Part shown: positions 47,686-58,030 of the stretch, piece by piece
Layout: each line of letters opens with the position of its first letter
Position numbering within the stretch: position 1 is the stretch's first letter
Origin: a virus
Taxonomy: Duplodnaviria > Caudoviricetes
Virus record (IMG/VR): IMGVR_UViG_3300031857_000212
Span: 1 to 58,030 of that record
Length of the DNA stretch: 58,030 nucleotides
Reading direction: 5' to 3' (one strand)
Program-made: the position numbers and the translations under genes
The notes under the pieces: model-generated
The model's database searches: none
Seen by the model: only the letters and a program-made list of their open reading frames with translations
Told to the model about the DNA's origin: nothing

Positions 47686-47997
47686 ATGGCTTCAGGCATA
47701 TTAGGACAAGCAGATTTAGCAGCATCAACGCTGACAACAGTGTATACTGTTCCATCAGCAACAACTTCTAGTTTTTCTGTGAATATTTTAAATTATAGTA
47801 GTAGTGACGTTAACATCAGATTAGCTATATCAACAGGTGCTACACCAACAAATGGAGAATATCTCGAGTATGACGTTTCAGTTCCTGCAAGGGGTGTTTT
47901 AGAAAGAACTGGCTTTGTTGCTCAAGCAACAAAACGGGTAGTTTTATTTTCATCATCAACAGGTATAGCTGTTAGTGTATATGGATACGAGGAATAA
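47686..47997 (+). CDS. virion structural protein
   Basis: TTVYTVP, EYD, VLERTG, V.V.G.EE. Confidence 0.7.
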   Translation: MASGILGQADLAASTLTTVYTVPSATTSSFSVNILNYSSSDVNIRLAISTGATPTNGEYLEYDVSVPARGVLERTGFVAQATKRVVLFSSSTGIAVSVYGYEE

Positions 47998-47999
47998 AA

Positions 48000-49292
48000 A
48001 TGGCAAGAAATATAACAATATCATCTGTTCAAGCATCGGTAACAGGTTCTTTAATTACTACTCAAGGTGGTAATGCTCCTGGAACTCCAACTATTACAAG
48101 CCCAGCGTCAAACATTAGTTTAACTACATATACACCAACATATAATGCTAGTGCATTCTTCAACTATGTTGCTGGTGGGCATGCTGGTTCCAATTGGCAA
48201 CTGGCTACTGATTCTAATTTTACCAATATCATTTATGATTTGGCTACTACTAGCAATTTAACTAGCTTTACCGTACCAGCTGGCATTATTACAGCTAACA
48301 TGTTTGACATTTATGTTAGAGTGCGTTATATTAATGGCAATGGTATTATGTCTGGTTTCTCTGCTGGTCAACGAAACTTCTGTCAACCTGGTGCCTTTAC
48401 TTTGGCTGGGCTTTTCGATGGTTCTAGCACTATAAACTTCACAGCGGCTTATGCTGGTGGTATTGGTACTCTTAGTACTGTACAGGTGCAGATTGCGAAT
48501 AATTCTAATATGACATCACCCGCATTTAGCCAAAATATCTCGTTTTCAAGTAACGCAGGTACATTTTCTGTTTCAACTTCTACATTACCTGGACTTACAA
48601 CTCTGGCTACTCCATACTTTGCTAAATTTACAGTTGTAAGTGGATTGGTTCCAGCAACTTCTGTCGGTGTGGCTAGTGCGATATCAGTTGGAGTTGGATC
48701 GCAATACACTACTGCAAGTGGTTCATTTAATAGTCCAGCATCAACTCGAAGTCTTCAATATTTTGTAGTCGGTGCAGGTGGCGGTGGATCTGCGATTCAC
48801 GGATCTGGCGCTGGCGGTGGCGGTGGTTATATTACTACAGGTTCTGTAGCTAGCGTACCAGCGAACACTGGATGTAATTTTGCTGTTGGTACAGGTGGTG
48901 GTGGCTCTAGTTGGTCACAAACTGCTGGTACTGGCGGCACAACAACATTGAATGTGGGTGGAACTACATATTCTGCTTCTGGTGGTGGCGGTGCTACCAA
49001 TAGCCAACCTGGAACTGGTGGAACTTCTGGTGGATCCCCGCAGCAGCCAGGACAAGCATCTGCATACGGTGCTGGTGGCATTGCTGGCAGCTATGGTAAC
49101 TCTACTGGTGGACAAGGTGGTAAGGGTTATGGCGCAGGTGGTGGTGGCAATACACGTGATCAAGGTGATGGTCCTGGAGGCGGTGGTGGTGGTGGTTACG
49201 GCACACAGCAAATTGCTAGTGCTGGTAACTTTACCAACGTTGGTAATGGTGGTACTGGCGCAGCTGGTACTGTAGTTGTGTTTTGGGCATAA
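48000..49292 (+). CDS. glycine-rich receptor-binding/fibre protein
   Basis: N-terminal FnIII-like segment; C-terminal VGAGGGG...GGGGG...G.VVV glycine-rich domain. Confidence 0.75.
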   Translation: MARNITISSVQASVTGSLITTQGGNAPGTPTITSPASNISLTTYTPTYNASAFFNYVAGGHAGSNWQLATDSNFTNIIYDLATTSNLTSFTVPAGIITANMFDIYVRVRYINGNGIMSGFSAGQRNFCQPGAFTLAGLFDGSSTINFTAAYAGGIGTLSTVQVQIANNSNMTSPAFSQNISFSSNAGTFSVSTSTLPGLTTLATPYFAKFTVVSGLVPATSVGVASAISVGVGSQYTTASGSFNSPASTRSLQYFVVGAGGGGSAIHGSGAGGGGGYITTGSVASVPANTGCNFAVGTGGGGSSWSQTAGTGGTTTLNVGGTTYSASGGGGATNSQPGTGGTSGGSPQQPGQASAYGAGGIAGSYGNSTGGQGGKGYGAGGGGNTRDQGDGPGGGGGGGYGTQQIASAGNFTNVGNGGTGAAGTVVVFWA

Positions 49293-49304
49293 TAGGAAAA
49301 TAAT

Positions 49305-49484
49305 ATGGAAAACGTAGAAGATACAAACTTAAGAGCAACTATTATTCGTGCTGAATATAAAGAGAAAATTGAAGGACTTAAATTTCAATATACATCGGAT
49401 GAGATTGCTGATGTAAACTCAGAATATAGTACTAGGAAAGCAGCTTTGATTACAGAGCGTGATCAAACAATAGCTGCTTTATAA
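49305..49484 (+). CDS. small helical protein (59 aa, not in ORF track), possible fibre chaperone
   Basis: AGGA RBS; MENVEDTNLR...DQTIAAL*. Confidence 0.6.
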   Translation: MENVEDTNLRATIIRAEYKEKIEGLKFQYTSDEIADVNSEYSTRKAALITERDQTIAAL

Positions 49485-49496
49485 TAGTTATATTTT

Positions 49497-49532
49497 AAAA
49501 GAAGCCCTGTTTTATACAGGGCTTTTTCTTTT
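49497..49532 (+). terminator. rho-independent terminator
   Basis: AAGCCCTGT-TTTAT-ACAGGGCTT + T-rich tail. Confidence 0.85.
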
Positions 49533-49546
49533 GCAGTCTCTGGAAT

Positions 49547-49554
49547 TATAAATA
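49547..49554 (+). promoter_or_regulatory. T4-type late promoter
   Basis: Exact TATAAATA after a terminator and before a GGAG RBS. Confidence 0.8.
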
Positions 49555-49578
49555 AACAAGTATAACACGGAGTTAAAA

Positions 49579-49914
49579 TTGGCAACTGTAGCGAACATTT
49601 TTATAGATCAAGGTAGTGATTATAGCAATATAATCACAGTTGCTTCATCCAATGGTGCACCTCTTGATTTAACTGGATATACAGTAGCGTCTCAGATGAG
49701 AAAATCTTTCTCATCCTCTACTGCATATAATTTCACATCAAGCATTTATAATGCTGCGCAAGGTAGGGTTAGAATCCAACTTACAGCTGCAGGATCAAAT
49801 TCAGTAACTCCAGGAAGATACCTTTACGATTTAGAAGTCACTTCCCCAAGTGGAACTAAAACTAGAGTTGTTGAAGGTATTGCTACAGTAACCCCTCAGA
49901 TAACACAAATATAA
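49579..49914 (+). CDS. virion structural protein (baseplate upper protein-like domain)
   Basis: IDQG.D, DLTGYT...QMRKS, GRYLYD.E, RVVEG...VTP; TTG start with GGAG RBS. Confidence 0.8.
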   Translation: MATVANIFIDQGSDYSNIITVASSNGAPLDLTGYTVASQMRKSFSSSTAYNFTSSIYNAAQGRVRIQLTAAGSNSVTPGRYLYDLEVTSPSGTKTRVVEGIATVTPQITQI

Positions 49915-50165
49915 TGGCTGATATTATTGCAACATTAGATGGTGAGATGACTTTATTAGTCACCACAAATCAGCAAAACTTGACTACAGCTGGAACTAAT
50001 CTAGCGGCACCAGCTGTAGTAGAAGCGTTAGATAACGTAGCCGATGTAGATACATCAACTTATGGCAAACTCAATGGTTCAGTGTTAGTCTATAGAACAA
50101 ATACAAACAAGTGGACATCCACCACCACCCTCGATGCTCAGAACATGGAAGGTGGAGAATTTTAA
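49914..50165 (+). CDS. small fibre-associated protein
   Basis: DVD.....NGSVLVY.....KW, GGEF end. Confidence 0.7.
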   Translation: MADIIATLDGEMTLLVTTNQQNLTTAGTNLAAPAVVEALDNVADVDTSTYGKLNGSVLVYRTNTNKWTSTTTLDAQNMEGGEF

Positions 50166-50180
50166 CGGAGACATAAAAAG

Positions 50181-53100
50181 ATGGCATCTATAATCAGAAT
50201 TAAGCGTTCTAGTACTGCAGGAAACCCTGCTACTCTTGGCGCAGGTGAATTGGCATATTCATCATTAAATGGCGCAGGTGGTAACCGATTATACATCGGT
50301 ATGGGCGCAGAAACCAGCGGCAACGCAGTAAATCACTTTGTTATTGGTGGTACGTACTATACTGGTTTGATCGACGCATCAACTGCTGGCACATTAACTA
50401 CCAGTGCTTCTTCAATTCCAGTTCTTTCAGCAACTGGTACAATTGATACTTGGAAAGTTGGTAACACCCAATTAACAGGAAATACATTAAGTACAACCAA
50501 TACCAATGGTAACTTGGTACTTAATCCTAACGGCACTGGAATGGTCCAGATTGCTGGTACTTGGACACTACCACGTACAGCTGGTACTGCTAACTATGTT
50601 TTAACTACTGATGGTAGCGGGACTTCTACTTGGCAAGCTGCTGCAGCGACACTTAACTTAGTTGGTGGAACTGGCACTGGTTCTGTTGCTCTATTATCAC
50701 AGAACTTAACTATCGCTGGTGGTAATGGTATTACTACTTCAGTTTCTGGTCAAACTGTTACAATTTCTTCTATCGGTGCTGGCGGTTATACTTCTACAGC
50801 AACTGGTGGAACAACTACTACTTTAACAGCTTCTAGTTCTGCAAATCAGTTCTTTACTGGTACAACTACTCAGACTGTTAGACTACCAAGTACTGCAACA
50901 TTAACTCTAGGTCAAGAATATTACATTACCAATCAGAGTACTGGATCGTTAACGATACAAACTTCTGCTGGTGGTGCCATTACTACAATTCCAGCTGGCG
51001 CAGGTTCAGTTTTTACTGTTGCTTCAACTGGTGCTGAAACATGGGTAACTGAATTTGATGGTGCAACTAGCGTTACTGGTTCTGGTGCATTAGTTCTTGG
51101 AACTAGCCCAACAATCAGTGGTGCAACTCTTACAACTCCAGCTATCGGTTCTGCTGGCTTTACAGTTGCAGGTTCTTCTTCTGGAACTACAACTGTTGTT
51201 GCCACTGCTGCAGCTTCTGGTACATTAACTCTACCAGCGGCAACTGATACATTGGTTGGTCGTGCAACAACTGATACTTTAACTAATAAGACTTTAACTA
51301 GCGCAGCACTTACTACACCAACTATTGGTTCTGCTGGTGCTAACTTCTCTGGTTCTACTTCTGGCACAATTACTGTTGCTGCAACTGCAATTGCTGGAAC
51401 AAATACACTAACTCTGCCAGCGGCAACTGATACTCTAGTCGGTCGGGCAACTACTGATACTCTTACTAATAAGACTATCAACTTAACTAGCAACACTTTA
51501 GTTGCAACGTCTGCTCAATTAGCAGCCGCAATTACCGATGAAACTGGTACTGGTGCTCTAGTTTTTGCTAATACTCCAACATTGGTTACTCCAGTTCTTG
51601 GTGTTGCTTCTGCCACAACGATTAATAAAGTTACGCTTACTGCACCAGCGACTGGTTCTACGTTAACTATCGCTGATGGTAAAACACTTACTGCTTCTAA
51701 TACTTTAACATTCACTGGTACTGATGCATCTTCAGTTGCTTTCGGTGCAGGTGGTACTGTTGCGTATGTTGCTAATAAATTAAGTGTTTTTGCTGCCACT
51801 TCTTCTTCAGAACTTGCTGGTGTTATCTCTGACGAGACTGGTACTGGTGCTCTAGTTTTTGCTAATACTCCAACATTGGTTACTCCAGTTCTTGGTGTTG
51901 CAACAGCTACGACTATCAACAAGTTAACAATTACTGCACCAACTACATCAGCAACTCTGACTGTAGCTGATGGTAAGACTTTAACTGCAAGCAATACTTT
52001 AACATTTACTGGTACAGATGGATCATCTGCTGCGTTTGGTGCAGGTGGTATTGTTGCATATAAGGGAACTGATTTAGGACAATTTGCTGCTACAACGTCA
52101 GCTACATTGGCTGGTGTTATCTCTGATGAGACGGGTTCTGGTGCTTTAGTATTCGCTAACAGCCCGACTCTTATCACTCCAGCCCTTGGAACACCAGCTT
52201 CTGGTGTAATGACCAACGTAACTGGTCTACCATTAACTACTGGTGTTACTGGTACATTACCTGTTGCTAATGGTGGTACTGGTACTACTAACGGATCTAT
52301 AACTGGCACTGCTGCTTTAACATTCACTGCCGCTGCTGGTAACAATAACGTAAACTTAGTTCCAACTGGTACTGGTATCGTTGATGTTGGTGGTAAACGT
52401 GTTGGTAACGCTGCTGATCCTACTCAAGCACAAGACTTAGTAACTAAGGCATACGTTGATGCCATGTCTAATGGTCTTGACGTTAAAGCATCTGTTCGTG
52501 CTGCTTCTACTGCGGCATTGACTGTTACATATTCTAACGGCACTGCTGGTGTTGGTGCTACGTTAACCAACGCTGGTACTCAAGCTGCATTAACTCTGGA
52601 CTCTATTGCTCTTGCCTCTGGCGATCGTGTTCTTATTAAAGATCAAGCATCTGCACTACAAAATGGTGTTTACACTGTTACAACAGTCGGTACTGTATCT
52701 ACAAACTGGGTACTTACTCGTGCCACGGATTTCGATAACTCTCCAGGAACTGAGGTTTCTCCAGGAACATTCTTCTTCGTTGAAGAAGGTACTACTCAGG
52801 CAGATAATGGTTATGTAGTTTCTAATAATACTGCTATTACTATTGGTACTACAGGTATTACGTTCAGCCAGTTCTCTGGTGCTGGTCAAATTACTGCTGG
52901 TGCTGGTTTAACTAAGTCTGGTAACACTATTGATGCAGTTGGTACTACTGATCGTATTACTGTCAATACAGATAGTATTGACATTGCATCAACTTATGTT
53001 GGTCAATCTTCTATCACCACTCTCGGTACTATCGGTACTGGTGTGTGGCAAGGTACTATTGTTGCTGGTCAATACGGTGGTACTGGAGTAAATAACTCTG

Positions 53101-53654
53101 GTAAGACAATTACTCTTGGTGGTAGTTTTACACATACTGGTGCACATACACTTGGTCTTACAACTACTGCCAATACTTCTGTTACATTACCAACAACTGG
53201 TACTCTAGCAACTCTAGCTGGTTCTGAAGCATTAACTAATAAAACAGTTAATGGATTAACAATCACTAGCACAACTGGTACTCTTACTATTGTTTCTGGT
53301 GGTAGTTTAATCACTGCTGGTGCATTTGCTACCACGCTAACTTCTACTGCTGCCACTAACGTAACTCTACCAACAACTGGTACTCTTGCCACTTTAGCTG
53401 GTACTGAATCTTTAAGCAATAAAACAATTACTGCTTCTTCATTCGCTGGTTCTGTTGCTGCAACTACTTTATCTGCTTCTGGTGCAGTAACATTCACATC
53501 AACTACCGATGCTTCTGCTGTTGGAACTGCTGCTGTTGTTCTTTCTGGTGGGTTGTCAGTTGCCAAAGCAATGTTTATTGGAACTAATATTACTGGTGCT
53601 GGTGCAGCAACTTCAACTCTTGATGGGTTTAACATTGATGGCGGCACTTACTAA
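50181..53654 (+). CDS. long Thr/Gly-rich tail fibre protein
   Basis: IRIKRS..L..GELAY N-terminus; 98-aa repeats; TK.YVD....GLDVK.SVR module; IDGGTY end. Confidence 0.85.
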   Translation: MASIIRIKRSSTAGNPATLGAGELAYSSLNGAGGNRLYIGMGAETSGNAVNHFVIGGTYYTGLIDASTAGTLTTSASSIPVLSATGTIDTWKVGNTQLTGNTLSTTNTNGNLVLNPNGTGMVQIAGTWTLPRTAGTANYVLTTDGSGTSTWQAAAATLNLVGGTGTGSVALLSQNLTIAGGNGITTSVSGQTVTISSIGAGGYTSTATGGTTTTLTASSSANQFFTGTTTQTVRLPSTATLTLGQEYYITNQSTGSLTIQTSAGGAITTIPAGAGSVFTVASTGAETWVTEFDGATSVTGSGALVLGTSPTISGATLTTPAIGSAGFTVAGSSSGTTTVVATAAASGTLTLPAATDTLVGRATTDTLTNKTLTSAALTTPTIGSAGANFSGSTSGTITVAATAIAGTNTLTLPAATDTLVGRATTDTLTNKTINLTSNTLVATSAQLAAAITDETGTGALVFANTPTLVTPVLGVASATTINKVTLTAPATGSTLTIADGKTLTASNTLTFTGTDASSVAFGAGGTVAYVANKLSVFAATSSSELAGVISDETGTGALVFANTPTLVTPVLGVATATTINKLTITAPTTSATLTVADGKTLTASNTLTFTGTDGSSAAFGAGGIVAYKGTDLGQFAATTSATLAGVISDETGSGALVFANSPTLITPALGTPASGVMTNVTGLPLTTGVTGTLPVANGGTGTTNGSITGTAALTFTAAAGNNNVNLVPTGTGIVDVGGKRVGNAADPTQAQDLVTKAYVDAMSNGLDVKASVRAASTAALTVTYSNGTAGVGATLTNAGTQAALTLDSIALASGDRVLIKDQASALQNGVYTVTTVGTVSTNWVLTRATDFDNSPGTEVSPGTFFFVEEGTTQADNGYVVSNNTAITIGTTGITFSQFSGAGQITAGAGLTKSGNTIDAVGTTDRITVNTDSIDIASTYVGQSSITTLGTIGTGVWQGTIVAGQYGGTGVNNSGKTITLGGSFTHTGAHTLGLTTTANTSVTLPTTGTLATLAGSEALTNKTVNGLTITSTTGTLTIVSGGSLITAGAFATTLTSTAATNVTLPTTGTLATLAGTESLSNKTITASSFAGSVAATTLSASGAVTFTSTTDASAVGTAAVVLSGGLSVAKAMFIGTNITGAGAATSTLDGFNIDGGTY
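51543..51901 (+). repeat. exact 65-nt direct repeat, 294-nt period
   Basis: 51543-51607 equals 51837-51901 (encodes [21 protein letters not shown]). Confidence 0.85.
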
Positions 53655-53661
53655 AGTAACG

Positions 53662-53706
53662 CTAAATAATTGATGGGGTGAAATTCCCCCTCCCAGTATA
53701 TACTGG
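53662..53706 (+). promoter_or_regulatory. candidate late promoter, hairpin and 14-bp palindrome
   Basis: CTAAATA 53662-53668; GGGG-TGAAATT-CCCC; CCAGTATATACTGG 53693-53706. Confidence 0.55.
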
Positions 53707-53734
53707 CGTCATTTTCTAGATAGAATAGGTTATA

Positions 53735-54499
53735 ATGGCTAATAAGGTTTTAATAAAACGCTCTGCTGTGCAGAGCAAAAATCCAGCAACGACTGACTTG
53801 TCGTTGGGAGAACTTGCATTAAACACTTATGATGGTAATCTATTCTTCAAAAAATCTCCAGGTGGCACAGATTCCATCGTCACTGTCGTTACATTAGACG
53901 GCACACAAACTCTAACAAATAAAACTCTCACATCACCATCTATAAATGGTGGTGCGCTTTCTGGTACGTTCTCTGGTTCAATTACTTTTTCTGATACAAC
54001 TGCCTCTACATCTACTACTACAGGTGCATTAAAATTAGCAGGTGGGCTTGGTGTAGCTGGTGCATTAAATGCAGCTTCGGTAAAGGTTAATAACGCATAT
54101 ACTTTACCTACTTCTGATGGTGTTTTAAATTATGTAATGTCAACTAATGGAACTGGGCAGCTTTCTTTTATTGATGTTAACTCATTAGTGTCAGCGTCCC
54201 AGACAGCAAATTTTTCATATAGTCAAGATTTAGGACTAGTTACTCAAGCAGTAACTAGTATAGGTGACTTGGGTGCTCTTATAGATGCAGTATCTACCAC
54301 TTATAACTGGGGTACTTTCACATCAGGCAATATCTATCCAGATGAATTTGTTTTACCTTCGTACACTATTTCTACATTACCAACAGGTCAAAATCCTGGT
54401 CAAATGTTATATGTATCAAATGAATCTGGAGGCGCAGTTATAGCATTCTCCGATGGCACAAACTGGAGAAGAGTTACTGATAGAGTAATTGTCTCTTAA
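53735..54499 (+). CDS. tail fibre-related protein
   Basis: IKRS..P....L..GELALNTYDG.LF; C-terminal AFSDGTNWRR. Confidence 0.8.
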   Translation: MANKVLIKRSAVQSKNPATTDLSLGELALNTYDGNLFFKKSPGGTDSIVTVVTLDGTQTLTNKTLTSPSINGGALSGTFSGSITFSDTTASTSTTTGALKLAGGLGVAGALNAASVKVNNAYTLPTSDGVLNYVMSTNGTGQLSFIDVNSLVSASQTANFSYSQDLGLVTQAVTSIGDLGALIDAVSTTYNWGTFTSGNIYPDEFVLPSYTISTLPTGQNPGQMLYVSNESGGAVIAFSDGTNWRRVTDRVIVS

Positions 54500-54520
54500 T
54501 TATAAACAAGGAAATTTTTA

Positions 54521-57019
54521 ATGGCGATCCAAATACAATTAAGAAGAGGAACATCTACCCAGAACGATGCCTTCACAGGAGTTGTTGGTGAACTCGTATT
54601 TGATGTTACAAATAATGTACCTAGAATCCATGATGGATATACTCTTGGTGGATATACTCTAGCATCATTAACTGCAGCGCAGACACTAACTAATAAAACT
54701 TTAGTCAGTCCATCAATTACAACTTCTCTTGTTACAGGTTCGTCTACGATGAACGTGTTTAACACGACTGCAACTACTCTTAATATTGGCGGTGCTGCAA
54801 CTAGTATTTCTATTGGTGCTGCAACTGGTACTCTGACGATTAACAATGCTAATACTGTTGTTACTGGTAACTTGACAGTTAATGGAACTACGACTACTGT
54901 TAACTCAGTAACTTATACTGTTGATGATCCAAACCTTGAATTAAACTCAGTTGCTTCTCCTACTGATGCTAATGCTAGTGGTGGTGGTATTACTCTTAGA
55001 GGTACAACTGATAAGACAATTGTTTGGGATAATACAAATACTAACTGGACATCTTCAGAACATTTAAACTTAGCAACAGGTAAATCCTTTAAGATTAATA
55101 ACACTGCAGTGTTATCAGCTACTGGTCTTGGTACTGGAGTTGTTAGTTCTTCTCTTACATCTGTTGGTACTATTGGTACTGGTGTATGGCAAGGTACTAT
55201 CGTTGCTCCAACTTATGGTGGTACTGGTGTTAATAATGGTTCAAACACAATCACTGTTGCTGGTAACGTATCGCATGCTGGTGCATTTACACAAACCTTT
55301 ACCGCTATCGCAAATACTGCAGTTACTCTGCCAACTACTGGCACACTGGCGACTCTAGCTGGTTCTGAGACATTAACTAATAAAACATTAACATCTCCAG
55401 TAATTGGAACTATCGTTAATACTGGCACATTAACTTTACCAACTTCTACTGATACATTAGTTGGACGTGCTACTACAGATACATTAACGAACAAAACTAT
55501 CGCTGCAGGTTCTAACACTATCAGCGGACTAACTAACAGTAACCTTTCTGGTACTGCTGGTATCACTAACGCTAACTTAGCTAACAGTTCTGTTACTGTT
55601 GGTACTACTGCAATTTCATTGGGTGCTTCTAGTACTACTATCGCTGGTCTCACATCTGTTGATGCTACTGCTGGCGCAACTTCGTTCTTTGCTACGCCAA
55701 CATCTCCAGCGTTGTTTGCTGCAGGAACTGCAGTTACCATTGGTGCCACAACTGGTACTACAACTGTTAGAAATGGATTAGTTGTTACTGGCGATTTGAC
55801 AGTTAATGGAACAACAACTACAATCAATTCAACAGTAACTTCTGTTGATGATATTGAATTTGAATTAGGTTCTGTCGCTTCGCCTACTGATGTTACTGCC
55901 AATGGCGGTGGTATTAGACTTAAAGGTACAACTGATAAAACTATTAACTGGTCTAGTATTGGTTGGACTTCTTCTGAAGACTTTAACCTTGTTACTGGTA
56001 AACAATACGAGATTAATGGAACTTCAGTTCTTTCTGCTACAACTCTTGGCTCTGGTGTTACTGGCTCTTCATTAACATCTGTTGGTACTATTGGTACTGG
56101 TGTATGGCAAGGTACGTTAATTGGTGCTACTTATGGCGGCACTGGCGTAAACAACGGATCAAATACATTAACACTGGCAGGTAATGTTACTCATGCTGGC
56201 GCATTTGCTCGCACCTTTACAGCAACTGCTACAACTACTTTAACATTACCAACTACTGGCACACTGGCTACTCTGGCTGGTACAGAAACATTAACGAATA
56301 AAACACTAACTGCTCCAGTTATCAGTACTATTAGTAATACTGGCACACTGACTCTACCAACTTCTACTGATACTCTAGTTGGTCGTGCAACTACTGACAC
56401 CTTAACAAATAAGAGTATCAACTTAGCGAACAATACATTAACTGCTACTTCTGCTCAACTAGCTACTGCTATTTCAGATGAAACTGGTTCTGGTGCATTA
56501 GTATTTGGTACTAGCCCAACGATTACTACTAGCATTGTTGCTGGTAGCGCATCGATGGATATTTTCAACACCACTGCTACTACAGTAAATGCCTTTGGCG
56601 CATCTACTGCTCTGACTCTTGGTGCAGCAACTGGTACAACTACTGTTAATAATAAGATTGTTTCTAAACTTTCTATTGATCAAAACTCTGGCGCAACTAA
56701 CATTGCCAACCACACAGTAGTTCAGGCAACATTAACTGCTACTGCGCAAACTGCAGTAGATACTTTCGCAGTAGCGACTTATCGTTCTGCAAAATACATA
56801 GTTCAGATCACACAAGGATCTAACTATCAAATCTCAGAAATTCTAGTTATCCATAATGGAACAACGACTACTATGGCTGAATATGCTGTTATGAATACTA
56901 ATGGTGTTTTAGGAACATTTACGACAGACATTAGCGCAGGTAATGCTAGACTACTAGTAACAATGGGTTCAGCTACCTCTGCAACAATAAATATCACGAG
57001 AACAACAATTGTTGTTTAA
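54521..57019 (+). CDS. tail fibre protein (Mtd-N-like N-terminus)
   Basis: IQLRRGT...F.G..GEL..D......HDG.T.GG; repeated modules; YRSAKY.VQ C-terminal domain. Confidence 0.85.
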   Translation: MAIQIQLRRGTSTQNDAFTGVVGELVFDVTNNVPRIHDGYTLGGYTLASLTAAQTLTNKTLVSPSITTSLVTGSSTMNVFNTTATTLNIGGAATSISIGAATGTLTINNANTVVTGNLTVNGTTTTVNSVTYTVDDPNLELNSVASPTDANASGGGITLRGTTDKTIVWDNTNTNWTSSEHLNLATGKSFKINNTAVLSATGLGTGVVSSSLTSVGTIGTGVWQGTIVAPTYGGTGVNNGSNTITVAGNVSHAGAFTQTFTAIANTAVTLPTTGTLATLAGSETLTNKTLTSPVIGTIVNTGTLTLPTSTDTLVGRATTDTLTNKTIAAGSNTISGLTNSNLSGTAGITNANLANSSVTVGTTAISLGASSTTIAGLTSVDATAGATSFFATPTSPALFAAGTAVTIGATTGTTTVRNGLVVTGDLTVNGTTTTINSTVTSVDDIEFELGSVASPTDVTANGGGIRLKGTTDKTINWSSIGWTSSEDFNLVTGKQYEINGTSVLSATTLGSGVTGSSLTSVGTIGTGVWQGTLIGATYGGTGVNNGSNTLTLAGNVTHAGAFARTFTATATTTLTLPTTGTLATLAGTETLTNKTLTAPVISTISNTGTLTLPTSTDTLVGRATTDTLTNKSINLANNTLTATSAQLATAISDETGSGALVFGTSPTITTSIVAGSASMDIFNTTATTVNAFGASTALTLGAATGTTTVNNKIVSKLSIDQNSGATNIANHTVVQATLTATAQTAVDTFAVATYRSAKYIVQITQGSNYQISEILVIHNGTTTTMAEYAVMNTNGVLGTFTTDISAGNARLLVTMGSATSATINITRTTIVV

Positions 57020-57975
57020 TCTATAACTCTCCGTGGATAGGGAAACGGGATGGCAAACGAATTCATAGTAAAAAATGGTCTAATTACACCAAACCAACAT
57101 TTCTCGGGGTCTACTTCTGGCTCTACAGTAATTGTTAGTCACTCAGTTGCTTCTGGTACACTCACGTTACCCGCTGCCACTGATACGCTGGTTGGTAAAG
57201 CTACAACAGACACTCTTACAAATAAAACAATTAACTTAGCGAATAATACATTCACTGCCACTTCTGCACAAATGATTGCAGCAGTTCCAGATGAAACAGG
57301 TTCTGGTGTTTTAGTATTTAATACTAGTCCAACACTAGTAACTCCAATACTAGGAACTCCAACATCTGTAACATTAACTAATGCTACTGGTTTACCTATT
57401 TCTACTGGTGTTTCTGGTCTTGCTACTGGTGCTGCGACATTCTTAGCTACACCATCTTCTGCCAACCTTGCTGCATTATTGACAGACGAGACAGGAACTG
57501 GAGCCAATGTATTTGGTACCAGTCCAGCGATTACAACATCACTAACTACACCAAGCACTTCGTTTGATCTTATCAATACGACTGCTACAACAGTGAACTT
57601 TGCCAGAGCAGCAACTGCTCTTTCTATTGGCGCAGCAACTGGTACAACTACAGTCAATAATGGATTAGTTGTTACTGGTGACTTGACTGTAAATGGTACA
57701 ACTACTACTGTTAATGCTACCACTATTACTGTTGATGATATTAACATCGAGCTGGGATCTGTTGCTTCTCCAACTGATGTTACTGCCAATGGCGGTGGTA
57801 TTACTCTTAAAGGTGCCACGGATAAAACTATTACTTGGTCATCAATTGGTTGGACATCTTCTGAAGACTTTAACTTAGTTAGTGGTAAAGTTTATGAGAT
57901 TAATGGAACATCAGTTCTATCAGCTACAACATTAGGTTCTGGTGTTACTGGATCTTCCCTAACTTCTGTTGGTAC
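55772..57975 (+). repeat. about 317-nt module duplicated between adjacent fibre genes
   Basis: 55772-56088 aligns without indels to 57659-57975 (offset 1887), mostly synonymous differences. Confidence 0.8.
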
Positions 57976-58030
57976 AATTACTAGTGGAACTTGGTCTGGT
58001 TCATTCGGTGCGGTATCTGGTGCTAACTTA
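57050..58030 (+). CDS. tail fibre protein, 3'-truncated (not in ORF track)
   Basis: MANEFIVKNGL...; open to window end; shares modules with upstream fibre genes. Confidence 0.85.
   Translation, partial: MANEFIVKNGLITPNQHFSGSTSGSTVIVSHSVASGTLTLPAATDTLVGKATTDTLTNKTINLANNTFTATSAQMIAAVPDETGSGVLVFNTSPTLVTPILGTPTSVTLTNATGLPISTGVSGLATGAATFLATPSSANLAALLTDETGTGANVFGTSPAITTSLTTPSTSFDLINTTATTVNFARAATALSIGAATGTTTVNNGLVVTGDLTVNGTTTTVNATTITVDDINIELGSVASPTDVTANGGGITLKGATDKTITWSSIGWTSSEDFNLVSGKVYEINGTSVLSATTLGSGVTGSSLTSVGTITSGTWSGSFGAVSGANL

Noticed and set aside
50933-57819. Long Val/Pro/Ala-rich minus-strand ORFs
   Set aside because: Expected mirror of ACT/GGT/GCT-rich codons in fibre genes, which rarely create antisense stops
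54521-58030. Diversity-generating retroelement template/variable repeats
   Set aside because: Differences between copies are mostly synonymous and not adenine-specific; both copies are coding; no reverse transcriptase in the window
1-58030. Stop-codon reassignment, introns, inteins or homing endonucleases
   Set aside because: Core genes are intact in the standard code with all three stops used; no interrupted genes or splicing motifs noticed

Overview
AT-rich, gene-dense segment of a large T4-like myovirus genome; the accessory genes suggest an aquatic phage with a probable beta/gamma-proteobacterial host (inference). 1-17.9 kb (+): accessory and replication genes, namely a class II aldolase, three 2OG-Fe(II) oxygenases, phosphoesterases, a DenV-like glycosylase, PhoH, GH19 endolysin, a desaturase / PlcP-like phosphoesterase / GT2 lipid cassette, an exonuclease, a circularly permuted two-piece tmRNA (tag ANDSVYALAA), GroES, SleB, ClpP, gp33, gp59 and gp32. 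17.9-23.9 kb (-): tape-measure/hub protein, gp51, gp26, gp16, thermonuclease, holin, gp54-like, gp2, gp4. 24-58 kb (+): baseplate (gp48, gp53, hub, gp5, PAAR, gp25, gp6, gp7, gp8, DUF4815-type) and modular tail-fibre genes, the last truncated. Most notable: the permuted tmRNA beside GroES/ClpP; the candidate phospholipid-to-glycolipid remodelling cassette; a small gene bracketed by a 5' pseudoknot and three TACACACA motifs; a candidate -1 frameshift fusing gp26 to gp51; and a repeated TTGCAA-containing promoter class, three copies of which appear leaderless. All protein calls come from motif recognition by eye, not database searches.
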